DNA from: Longimicrobiales bacterium
Lineage (GTDB): Bacteria > Gemmatimonadota > Gemmatimonadetes > Longimicrobiales > Gaopeijiaceae
Direction of reading: 5' to 3'
DNA length: 64,000 bases
NCBI GenBank assembly: GCA_040081395.1
Contig: JBEBGN010000004.1
Location: forward strand, 446 to 64,445
The notes under the pieces were generated by a model. That model was not told where the DNA came from. It saw only the letters and a program-made list of their open reading frames with translations, and did no database searches. Both the position numbers and the translations under genes were made by a program. Positions 53,710 through 62,423 of this stretch are shown piece after piece. Positions within the stretch are counted from its first letter, which is position 1. The number at the start of each line of letters is the position of its first letter.

Positions 53710-54459
53710 ATGAGCCGTTCATTCATCGTCGCCACAGCAAGACGAGCTGCGTATACAGTGCTTGTCGCGGCCTGGACGACCTCGGGGAGCCTCGCAGCCC
53801 AGGACCAAGCCTTCTTCTCGGGCCTCGTGGTCGACAACATGTCCGCGCGCCCACTGGGAAACGCGAGGGTTTCTATAGCGGCGCTGGATCTGGAAATCGA
53901 GACGGAGGGGAACGGCCAGTTCCTCTTCGCTGGTGTCCCCACGGGTATGTTCGAGGTGCGGTTCGAGGCACAGGGGTACGTCGGTGTCGTCGAACAGATC
54001 GAGCTGGCGGCATCCGAGTTCATGCAGGTACGCCTCGACCCCCTCGCCGCGGTGCTGGACGAGCTGCTCGTGGTGGCAGGGCGCCGGCGTCCGATCACGG
54101 CGAGCAGCGTCGAGCCGACACATGAACTCGCCGGCAAGAACGCGCTCGACCTCCTGGCCGAGATTCCTGGCATCCGCGTGCAGACCGGTGGCGGTATTCT
54201 GACAGGCGGCTTCATCTTCATTCGGGGCATCAATACGTTCCGCGGTGAGTCTGCACCGACGATCTACCTCGACGGCATTCGGCTCGACAATGCGCAGTCG
54301 GTTCGCGGAGGGATGCACGCGCTAGAAAAGATTCCCGCAGAAACCGTCGCGCGCGTGCGCGTGCTCAAGGGCCCGGACGCGTTCACATATCCGCTCGGGG
54401 CGAACGGCGTGATCCTCATCGAGACGCATAGGGGCGACGCCCCGAACAGGCCCAACTGA
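53710..54459 (+). CDS. Stand-alone CarboxypepD_reg + TonB-receptor plug-like protein (no beta-barrel)
   Basis: GLVVDNMSARPLGNARVSI...TEGNGQFLFAGVP (regulatory domain). IPGIRVQ...IFIRGINTF...TIYLDGIRLD...VRVLKGPDAFTYPLGANGVILIETHRG (plug motifs). Only 249 aa. Confidence 0.7.
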   Translation: MSRSFIVATARRAAYTVLVAAWTTSGSLAAQDQAFFSGLVVDNMSARPLGNARVSIAALDLEIETEGNGQFLFAGVPTGMFEVRFEAQGYVGVVEQIELAASEFMQVRLDPLAAVLDELLVVAGRRRPITASSVEPTHELAGKNALDLLAEIPGIRVQTGGGILTGGFIFIRGINTFRGESAPTIYLDGIRLDNAQSVRGGMHALEKIPAETVARVRVLKGPDAFTYPLGANGVILIETHRGDAPNRPN

Positions 54460-54464
54460 GCGCG

Positions 54465-55016
54465 GTGGGCCCGGCCGGTGCCGGGCACCTGTTCCGGGTC
54501 GCCCGGCTCGCGGCCGCCGTCGTGGTCGTGGCGGTATCGGCCCGTGTGTCGGTGCCCGTTCCGGGGACCGACGTGCCCCAGAGTCTACAGACGCTTGCGG
54601 TCTTGGTCGTAGGGTCCTGGCTGGGCATGCGCGAAGGTACGCTCGCCCTGACGGCCTACGTGCTGGTGGGAGCGCTCGGGGCCCCGGTCTTCTCGGACGG
54701 TGGGTCGGGGTGGGCCCACCTGGCAGGCTCGACCGGTGGCTACCTGGTGGGCTTCGTGGTCGCCGCGGGCGCGCTGGGACTCTGTTCGGATCGGGGGCTC
54801 ACCAACCGGGTCGGGTGGGCGTTCGCGGCGATGCTCGGAGGGCACGTGGTGATTCTAGCCCTCGGCTGGGCTTGGCTGGGGACCTCGGTCGGCGCCGCGG
54901 CTGCCTACCAGGGCGGGGTCGCCCCCTTCCTGGTGGGTGGGGTGGCCAAGTCGATGGTCGGCACGCTGATCGCAGTCCTGATCGCGCGCCGCAACTCTGG
55001 CGCGCAGCTTCCCTAG
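54465..55016 (+). CDS. bioY: Biotin transporter BioY
   Basis: PQSLQTLAVLVVG, GAPVFSDGGSGWAHLAGSTGGYLVGF, six hydrophobic segments. Confidence 0.85.
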   Translation: MGPAGAGHLFRVARLAAAVVVVAVSARVSVPVPGTDVPQSLQTLAVLVVGSWLGMREGTLALTAYVLVGALGAPVFSDGGSGWAHLAGSTGGYLVGFVVAAGALGLCSDRGLTNRVGWAFAAMLGGHVVILALGWAWLGTSVGAAAAYQGGVAPFLVGGVAKSMVGTLIAVLIARRNSGAQLP

Positions 55017-55048
55017 AACGGCTCCGGCACGGGGGTTAGGATTCCGCC

Positions 55049-58000
55049 GTGAAGAACTTCGAGCGGGTCCTGGCTGCGAATCGAGGCGAGATCGCCATTC
55101 GGGTCTTCCGCGCGTGCACCGAGCTCGGGAAGCGAACCGTGGCGGTGTACAGCGAGGAGGACGCGCTCGCGCTCCATCGCTACAAGGCCGACGAGGCGTA
55201 CGTTCTCCCGTCTAAGCTCGGGCCCGTGGCCACGTACCTCGACATCGAATCGATCATCGCGCTCGCCAAGGAGCGGAAGGTCGACGCGATCCACCCCGGG
55301 TACGGCTTCCTGTCGGAGAACGCCGACTTCGCCCGACGCTGCGCCGAAGAAGGGATCGTCTTCATCGGTCCCTCCCCCGAGCTGCTCGACCTGTTCGGCG
55401 ACAAGATCCGAGCGCGTAAGCTCGCCGAGGAGGCGGGCCTGCGGGTGGTGCCCGGCACTCCGCAGCCGGTCGACGACGACGAGGCCATGGCCTTCGCCAA
55501 GCGCATCGGCTTCCCGGTCATCGTAAAGGCCGCGGCGGGAGGGGGCGGGCGCGGCATGCGCGTCGCACGGGACGAGGCGGAAATGCGGCAGGTGCTGCCC
55601 GTCGCGCGCCGCGAGGCCACGACCGCGTTCGGGCGCGGCGACCTCTACGTCGAGAAGCTGGTGCGCGACCCGCGCCACATCGAGGTGCAGATCCTCGCCG
55701 ACGGGCATGGACGGGTCGAGCACCTCTGGGAGCGCGACTGCTCGATCCAACGGCGCCACCAGAAGGTGGTCGAGATCGCGCCCGCGATCGGGCTCGACAA
55801 GAAGATCCGGAACGAGATCTGTGCCGCCGCGCAGCATCTCATGCAGAGCGCCGGCTACAAGAACGCGGGCACGGTCGAGTTCCTGCTCGAGCCGGGTGGC
55901 GACTTCTACTTCATCGAGGTGAACCCGCGCATCCAGGTCGAGCACACCGTCACCGAGCTGGTGATGGGGATCGACCTCGTGCAGGCCCAGATCCGTATCG
56001 CGGAGGGCGCGACGCTCGAGGAGCTCGGGCTGCCCAAGAAGATCCCGGAGCCGCGCGGCTTCGCGATCCAGTGCCGCGTCACCACGGAGGATCCCGAGAA
56101 CGACTTCCTCCCGGACGCGGGGCGCATCACGCACTACCGCTCCCCGGGTGGATTCGGCGTGCGCCTCGACGGAGCGACCGCGTTCACGGGCGCGGTGGTG
56201 AGCCCGCACTACGACTCGCTGCTGGTGAAGGTGTGCACGCACGCGCTGCGCTTCGATGATGCGATTCGGAAGATGCACCGCGCGCTCACGGAGTTCAGGC
56301 TGCGCGGCCTGAAGACCAACCTGCGCTTCCTCGAGAACGTGGTGACGCACCCGGATTTCGCGGCCGGCCGCGTCGACACGGGCTTCATCGCGTCGCACCC
56401 CGAGCTGCTCGCGTTCCGGCCCCGGAAAGACCGAGGCACACGACTGCTCCGCTACATCGGGCACATCGTGGTGAACGGCCAGATCGAGGGGCCGAAGAAC
56501 GCCACCAAGCCCGACTTCGCCGCTGCGGTCATCCCGGCTCCGGATCCGGCCTGGAAGCCACCCACGGACACGTTCAAGCACACCCTGGACGCGAAGGGGC
56601 CCGAGGCGGTGGTGGAGCGGCTGCGCCGAGAGAAGCGCGTCCTGCTGACGGACACGACGTTCCGAGACGCGCATCAGTCGCTGCTCGCGACCCGGATGCG
56701 GAGCTTCGACATCCTGCGGGTTGCCGCCGACACGGGCCGGCTGGCCCCTGGGCTCTTCTCCATGGAAGTGTGGGGAGGCGCGACCTTCGACACCGCCTAT
56801 CGGTTCCTCAAGGAGGACCCCTGGGAGCGGCTCGCCGCGATGCGCGAGGAGATCCCGCACATCCTCTTCCAGATGTTGCTCAGGGGTCAGAGCCTGGTGG
56901 GGTACTCGGCGTACGCGGACAACGTCGTGCAGGCGTTCGTGCGCGAGTCGGCCAAGGGGGGCGTCGACGTCTTTCGCATTTTCGACGCGCTGAACTGGGT
57001 GCCGAACATGCGCGTGGCGATCGACGCCGTGTGCGCGGAGGGCAAGATCGCCGAGGTCGCGCTCTGCTACACGGGCGACGTGCTCGACAAGAGCCGCAAG
57101 AAGTACGACCTCGGCTACTACGTGGAGCTCGCCCAAGAGATCGAGGCCGCCGGCGCGCACATCCTCGCCATCAAGGACATGGCCGGGCTGCTGAAGCCGG
57201 GTGCGGCCAAGGTGCTCATCGAGGCGCTCCGCGACGCGACGGACTTGCCCGTGCACCTGCACACGCATGACAGCACCGGCGTCGGTGTGGCGACGTGCGT
57301 CCAAGGTGCGCTCGCCGGTGCGGCCGTGGTGGACGGCTGTATCGACGCGCTCGCCGCAGGCACCTCGCAGCCGAGCCTCCGCTCGATCGCGGCGGCCCTA
57401 CAGGGAAGCGAACGCGAGCCGGACCTCGACCTGGAGGCGCTGGAGCCCCTCAACGAGTACTGGTCCTCGATTCGGGCGTACTACCGGTTCCTGGAACGCG
57501 GGTCGGCGGCCCCTGATGCGCACGTGTTCATGACGCAGGTGCCGGGTGGCCAGATCACCAACCTCAAGCACCAAGCGGAAGCGCTCGGCCTGCTCGGCCA
57601 ATGGCGCGAGATCGTGGAGCGCTACCGCCAGGCCGACGCGGCGCTCGGCGAACTGATCAAGGTGACCCCCTCCTCGAAGGCGGTGGGTGACCTGGCGCTC
57701 TTCATGGTCCAGAACGACCTGGACGGCGACACGCTGCTCGCGCGCGCGCCCGAGTTGTCCTTCCCGGAGTCGGTGGTCGGGCTGCTGAAAGGGCGTCTGG
57801 GCCGTCCGCCCTATGGGTTCCCGCCCGAGCTACAGGCCGCGGTGCTGGGGGGCGAGAAGCCGCTCGAGGATCGCCCGGGGGCCTATCTGGCTCCGGTGGA
57901 CCTCGAGGCGGTTCGAGGCGAAGTGCGCGGCCTCATGAAGGGGGAGCCCGTGGAGCGCGAGGCCACGGACCGCGAGGTCCTGTCCCGGCTGCTGTTCCCA

Positions 58001-58522
58001 GAGGTGTACCGCGACTTCGCCCAGCACCGGGCCGAGTACGGGGACACGTCGGGGCTCGATACGCCGACCTTCTTCTACGGGCCGAGCATCGGCGAACGCG
58101 TGGCGGTGGACATCGAGCACGGCAAGACGCTCATCATTCGCTTGATCTCGATCGGCGATGTGCACGCTGACGGTACGCGCCCTGTCGTCTTCGAGCTGAA
58201 TGGCCATGCGCGTGAGGTGCGGGTGCGTGACGCAGACGTGGCCGTGTCGGCTGCGGTGCGCACGAAGGCCGACGCGGAGAACTGGCAGGAGGTCGGGGCC
58301 TCCATGCCAGGGAAGGTGCTCAAGATCATGGTCAAGCCGGGGGACCTGATCGCGAAGGGGGCCGACCTCCTGGTGACCGAGGCGATGAAGATGGAGACCA
58401 GCGCCCGGTCGCCGAAGCACGCGGTCGTCGAGGAGGTGCTCGTGCACCAGGGCGATACCGTCGAGGCCGGCGACCTGTTGGTCCGCCTGGGCCCGGTTCC
58501 GGAGACCACCGCGGAGGTCTGA
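55049..58522 (+). CDS. pyc: Pyruvate carboxylase (single-chain; BC + CT + biotinyl domains)
   Basis: Biotin carboxylase ATP-grasp (KAAAGGGGRGMRV), CT TIM barrel (FRDAHQSLLATRMR, HLHTHD), biotinylation motif EAMKME. Confidence 0.95.
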   Translation: MKNFERVLAANRGEIAIRVFRACTELGKRTVAVYSEEDALALHRYKADEAYVLPSKLGPVATYLDIESIIALAKERKVDAIHPGYGFLSENADFARRCAEEGIVFIGPSPELLDLFGDKIRARKLAEEAGLRVVPGTPQPVDDDEAMAFAKRIGFPVIVKAAAGGGGRGMRVARDEAEMRQVLPVARREATTAFGRGDLYVEKLVRDPRHIEVQILADGHGRVEHLWERDCSIQRRHQKVVEIAPAIGLDKKIRNEICAAAQHLMQSAGYKNAGTVEFLLEPGGDFYFIEVNPRIQVEHTVTELVMGIDLVQAQIRIAEGATLEELGLPKKIPEPRGFAIQCRVTTEDPENDFLPDAGRITHYRSPGGFGVRLDGATAFTGAVVSPHYDSLLVKVCTHALRFDDAIRKMHRALTEFRLRGLKTNLRFLENVVTHPDFAAGRVDTGFIASHPELLAFRPRKDRGTRLLRYIGHIVVNGQIEGPKNATKPDFAAAVIPAPDPAWKPPTDTFKHTLDAKGPEAVVERLRREKRVLLTDTTFRDAHQSLLATRMRSFDILRVAADTGRLAPGLFSMEVWGGATFDTAYRFLKEDPWERLAAMREEIPHILFQMLLRGQSLVGYSAYADNVVQAFVRESAKGGVDVFRIFDALNWVPNMRVAIDAVCAEGKIAEVALCYTGDVLDKSRKKYDLGYYVELAQEIEAAGAHILAIKDMAGLLKPGAAKVLIEALRDATDLPVHLHTHDSTGVGVATCVQGALAGAAVVDGCIDALAAGTSQPSLRSIAAALQGSEREPDLDLEALEPLNEYWSSIRAYYRFLERGSAAPDAHVFMTQVPGGQITNLKHQAEALGLLGQWREIVERYRQADAALGELIKVTPSSKAVGDLALFMVQNDLDGDTLLARAPELSFPESVVGLLKGRLGRPPYGFPPELQAAVLGGEKPLEDRPGAYLAPVDLEAVRGEVRGLMKGEPVEREATDREVLSRLLFPEVYRDFAQHRAEYGDTSGLDTPTFFYGPSIGERVAVDIEHGKTLIIRLISIGDVHADGTRPVVFELNGHAREVRVRDADVAVSAAVRTKADAENWQEVGASMPGKVLKIMVKPGDLIAKGADLLVTEAMKMETSARSPKHAVVEEVLVHQGDTVEAGDLLVRLGPVPETTAEV

Positions 58523-58632
58523 GGCCGGAGGGCCTGCGCCCGCCCCGCGACCGCTGGCGCGTCGCCTGACCCTGGGCCAGAATTCCCGCTCCGAGGGGCC
58601 TGCTGGTAGTACAGAGGCCCTCCTGCCCTGGA

Positions 58633-59535
58633 ATGCCGGAGAGCTTGCCTATGCGACGCGCGAACTCGTTGATCGCCCCACTCGTCCTCGCCCTGGGGCT
58701 CCCCGCCGTGGGGGCCGCCCAGAACTTCGACGAGATCCAGATCAGCACCACACCGGTCGCGGGCTCGATCTACATGCTCCAGGGGAGCGGCGGAAACATC
58801 GGCGTGTCGGTCGGCGAGGACGGCGTGCTGATCGTGGACGATCAGTTCGCTCCGCTCACGGGGAAGATCCAGGCCGCGATCGCAGCACTCTCGCGTGAGC
58901 CGGTCCAGTTCGTGGTGAACACTCACTGGCACTATGACCATACGGACGGCAACACCAATTTCGGTCGTGCAGGGGCGCTCATCGTGGCCCACGAAAACGC
59001 GCGCACGCGCATGACCCGCACGGACACCGTGTCGCTCAACAATCGCGTGCAGGAAGCGTACGGCCCCGACGGCCTGCCCAAGATCACGTTCTACCAATCG
59101 ATGCGATTCCACTACAACGAGAACGTGATCGACGTGATCCATCTCGCGAACGCGCACACCGATGGCGATGCGGCGGTGTTCTTCCGTGATACCAACGTGA
59201 TTCATACTGGGGACACGTTCACCCGCGGCACGGTCCCGTTCATCGATCAACCGAATGGCGGGACCTTGGATGGCATCATCGACGCGGCTTGGACCGTGGC
59301 CGGCTTGGCGAACGACCAGACGCGCATCATTCCGGGGCACGGGGCCCTCTCGACGCGTGCTGACCTGCTTGCACACCACGCGAAGCTGGTCGTCATCCGC
59401 GACCGCCTGCGCGCGCATGCCGCTCGAGGCGACACGCCCGACCAGGTGGTGGCGGCCAATCCGCTGCGCGACTACGGCGAGATGAACGCAGGCAACGAGC
59501 GCTGGGTCCGGGCGGCCTACGAGGAGTACCGGTGA
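58633..59535 (+). CDS. Secreted MBL-fold metallo-hydrolase
   Basis: Signal peptide LALGLPAVGAAQ; THWHYDHTDGN (HxHxDH), NAHTDGD, PGHG. Confidence 0.8.
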   Translation: MPESLPMRRANSLIAPLVLALGLPAVGAAQNFDEIQISTTPVAGSIYMLQGSGGNIGVSVGEDGVLIVDDQFAPLTGKIQAAIAALSREPVQFVVNTHWHYDHTDGNTNFGRAGALIVAHENARTRMTRTDTVSLNNRVQEAYGPDGLPKITFYQSMRFHYNENVIDVIHLANAHTDGDAAVFFRDTNVIHTGDTFTRGTVPFIDQPNGGTLDGIIDAAWTVAGLANDQTRIIPGHGALSTRADLLAHHAKLVVIRDRLRAHAARGDTPDQVVAANPLRDYGEMNAGNERWVRAAYEEYR

Positions 59536-60341
59536 GCGAGATGGCACGCCGCGACTTTCTCTCGGTGGGAGGGATGTCGCTCGCTGGGGCCGCGCTCGGT
59601 AAGGGCAGTCCGATCGCCGAGCGCGATCAGGCCGCGCCCGGCGTCGACGCGCTCGTGTTCGACACGTTCGGCACTGTCGTCGACTGGCGCACGTCGGTGA
59701 TCCGCGAGGGTCAGCTCCTCGGACGCACGCACGCGATCGATGTCGACTGGGACACGTTCGCCGACGAGTGGCGCGGGGGGTACGGCCCGGCCATGAACCG
59801 CGTGCGCTCGGGCGAGCTGCCGTGGACGAAGCTCGACGAGTTGCATCGCATGGTGCTCGACCGGCTCATCGAGGACCTGAGCATCGTCGCGTTGTCGGAG
59901 CAGGAGATCGAGAACTTCAACCGCGTCTGGCACCGCCTGATCCCGTGGCCCGACTCGGTGCCCGGGCTCTACCGTCTGAAGGCGCGCTTCGTGATCGCGC
60001 CGCTCTCCAACGGCAACGTGTCCCTGCTCACGAACATGGCGAAGCATGCCGGCCTTCCGTGGGACTGCATCTTGTCCGCGGAACTGGCGGGGCACTACAA
60101 GCCAGACCCCGAGGTCTACCTGAAGGCGTGCGAGCTTCTGAGCCTGCCTCCCGAGCGAGTAATGATGGTCGCCGCGCACCGAGGTGATCTGGCTGCGGCA
60201 AAGGCGCTCGGCCTGAAGACCGCGCTCGTGCACCGGCCCCTCGAGTTCGGCCCGGCGGGCACCGTGGACACGACCAACGATGACCGCTTCGACTACAACA
60301 CCCGCGACTTCCTCGAGCTCGCCGACCGACTCGGAGCCTGA
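59532..60341 (+). CDS. Type II haloacid dehalogenase (HAD superfamily) with a twin-arginine signal
   Basis: ARRDFLSVGGMSLAGAALG Tat-like leader; VFDTFGTVVDW (motif I with the type II T...D spacing), SNGN, KPDPEVY. The GTG overlaps the MBL TGA (GTGA). Confidence 0.8.
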   Translation: MSEMARRDFLSVGGMSLAGAALGKGSPIAERDQAAPGVDALVFDTFGTVVDWRTSVIREGQLLGRTHAIDVDWDTFADEWRGGYGPAMNRVRSGELPWTKLDELHRMVLDRLIEDLSIVALSEQEIENFNRVWHRLIPWPDSVPGLYRLKARFVIAPLSNGNVSLLTNMAKHAGLPWDCILSAELAGHYKPDPEVYLKACELLSLPPERVMMVAAHRGDLAAAKALGLKTALVHRPLEFGPAGTVDTTNDDRFDYNTRDFLELADRLGA

Positions 60342-60350
60342 GGGCTGTCC

Positions 60351-61349
60351 GTGAGGAGCCGCGAAGTACAGCTCGTCCGACGTCCACCGGGAGTGCCGAC
60401 CATCGAGGACTTCCGCGTCGCGGAGGTCGAGGTCGGCGAGCCCGGTCCCGGAGAAGTGCTGGTCCGCAATCTGTTCGTCAGCGTGGACCCGTACATGCGG
60501 GGACGCATGCGCGAGCGGAAGTCGTACGATCCGCCCTACGCGCTGGGCGAGGCCATGACAGGTGGAGCGGTGGGGCGGGTGGTCGCTTCCCGCGCTGAGG
60601 GGTTCGCGCCGGGCGACCACGTGCTCAGCCGGCTCGGCTGGCGCGAGGCGTTCCGCTGTCCCGCTGAGCAGGTGAGCGCCCTGGGGCTTCTGTCGGCGTC
60701 GCCCTCCGCCTACCTGGGCATCCTCGGCATGCCGGGCATGACGGCTTACGTGGGGCTGCTCGGCGCCGCCGCTTTGAAGGATGGCGAGACCGTGTTCGTC
60801 TCGGGTGCCGCTGGCGCGGTGGGAAGCGCCGCCGGTCAGATCGCCAAGGTGAAGGGGTGCCGCGTGCTCGGCAGCGCAGGAGGGGCGGAGAAGGTGCGCT
60901 ACCTAGAGGAGCTGGGCTTCGACTACGCGTTCGACTACCGAGCGGGCAGCATCCGAGACCACCTGCGGCAGGGCGCTCCCGCCGGCCTCGACGTCTACTT
61001 CGACAACGTGGGGGGGGATCACCTCCAGGCCGCGATCAGCAGCATGCGCGCGTTCGGCCGCATTGCCCTCTGCGGCTCCATCTCGATGTACAACGACACC
61101 GCGCCGACCGCCGGGATCACCAACCTGCCGAGGATGTCCGGACTCGGACTGAACATGCGCGGCTTCCTCACGCGCCACTACGACCACATGCGCGACGACT
61201 TCCTTCGCGACATGAGCGCGTGGCTCGCTGCGGGGAAGGTCAGCTACCGCGAGACGGTCTACGAAGGAATCGAGTCCGCGCCGGAGGCGTTCATCGGGCT
61301 GTTCACGGGGGCGAACGTCGGCAAGGCGGTGGTGCGGGTGGGGGAGTGA
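60351..61349 (+). CDS. NADP-dependent oxidoreductase (zinc-free MDR; alkenal/one reductase, YncB/CurA-like)
   Basis: GMPGMTAY, VSGAAGAVGS Rossmann motif, C-terminal FTGANVGKAVV typical of this family. Confidence 0.85.
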   Translation: MRSREVQLVRRPPGVPTIEDFRVAEVEVGEPGPGEVLVRNLFVSVDPYMRGRMRERKSYDPPYALGEAMTGGAVGRVVASRAEGFAPGDHVLSRLGWREAFRCPAEQVSALGLLSASPSAYLGILGMPGMTAYVGLLGAAALKDGETVFVSGAAGAVGSAAGQIAKVKGCRVLGSAGGAEKVRYLEELGFDYAFDYRAGSIRDHLRQGAPAGLDVYFDNVGGDHLQAAISSMRAFGRIALCGSISMYNDTAPTAGITNLPRMSGLGLNMRGFLTRHYDHMRDDFLRDMSAWLAAGKVSYRETVYEGIESAPEAFIGLFTGANVGKAVVRVGE

Positions 61350-61358
61350 GGTGGGCCC

Positions 61359-62402
61359 TCAGAACGTCCCGCGCGTCCACACCACCACGACACCGCATTC
61401 GGCTCCGAGCAGGTTGAACTCTATCGGTAGCCCCGCGACGCCGCGGTAGATCTCCAGACCCTCGATGTTTTCGGGTCGTACGGACTCGGTCAGCACGGTA
61501 AGGTCACCGACGAAGGCGCCATCGAGGAACGCGAGGGGAAGCGCGGTCCGGCCGCAGTTCCCCGTCATGGTGAGGCCGAAGCTGGTGGCCGCGCGGGTAC
61601 GGCTGAAGCGCACGCCGCGGAGCAGGTCGTCCCAGTCGTCGGGGTCGCGCTCCATGATGTCGATGGCGGTCCAGAAGATGCCGGAGCTGCTGTCCTCCAT
61701 ACGCTCGTAGAATCCTCGGGCCTCCAGCCGGTTGGATCGCGCGGGCGCTGCGGTCTCGACGGTCACCCCCGGGAGGGCGAGCACGGCGACGTCGAGCGAG
61801 ACGGTGAGGTCGACGGTCTCATCCGGGTTGGCGATCCAGAACTCGTCGGTCGTCTGCGCCTCGGTGAACGCGCGATGCGTGATCCGCACGACGTTTTGCC
61901 CCCATAGGATCGGCACAGTCGGGAGGCCGAACGTACCCAGGCTATCGGTCTCGGCGACGACGCGCCCGTTCACCTCGATCACCGCACCCGAGAGCGGCTG
62001 ACCGCCGACCTGCTCGGTCACGACCCCCGTCAGGGTTGCGGTGGGGTCGGGCCCGGGACGGAGAACGACGCCCCCGACATCGAGGGTCTCGTCATCGGGC
62101 AGCAGCTCGAGGTTGAAGGACCGCGGCGCGAATCCGGTGCCGCGGTAGCTGAGTCGGTGCGGCGCGCGCGTCACTCCCTCGAGCCGGAACATGCCGAGCG
62201 AGTCCGAGCGAGCGAAGATCTCGCCGTCGTCGATGAAGACGAGCGCTCCTGTGATCGGCATGGTCAGCGTGTCGAGAACCACGCCGGTGACGGTCGACTG
62301 CTGAGCGACCAACGCGCGCGGCGCGAGGAGCAGCGCCACGAACACGAGAACTCGCACTGCGCGCACGATGACCTCCTCCTCCGCCGAGCCACGCTTCGTC
62401 AT
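61359..62402 (-). CDS. Secreted protein with two CarboxypepD_reg-like domains and a C-terminal plug-like segment
   Basis: Signal peptide; GVVLDTLTMPITGALVFI...SDSLGMFRLEGV and GVVTEQVGGQPLSGAVIEV...TDSLGTF. C-terminus FLDGAFV...IEGLEIYRGVAGLPIEF...CGVVVVWTRG. Confidence 0.65.
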   Translation of the reverse strand: MTKRGSAEEEVIVRAVRVLVFVALLLAPRALVAQQSTVTGVVLDTLTMPITGALVFIDDGEIFARSDSLGMFRLEGVTRAPHRLSYRGTGFAPRSFNLELLPDDETLDVGGVVLRPGPDPTATLTGVVTEQVGGQPLSGAVIEVNGRVVAETDSLGTFGLPTVPILWGQNVVRITHRAFTEAQTTDEFWIANPDETVDLTVSLDVAVLALPGVTVETAAPARSNRLEARGFYERMEDSSSGIFWTAIDIMERDPDDWDDLLRGVRFSRTRAATSFGLTMTGNCGRTALPLAFLDGAFVGDLTVLTESVRPENIEGLEIYRGVAGLPIEFNLLGAECGVVVVWTRGTF

Positions 62403-62423
62403 GGTACGGTCGGTGCGACGATC

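Noticed and set aside
58523-58632. Possible terminator or structured element after pyc (small GC hairpins ggcc-ggag-ggcc and gaggggcct...agaggccctc).
   Set aside because: The stems are short or imperfect and are not followed by a T-tract. This is not strong enough to call.
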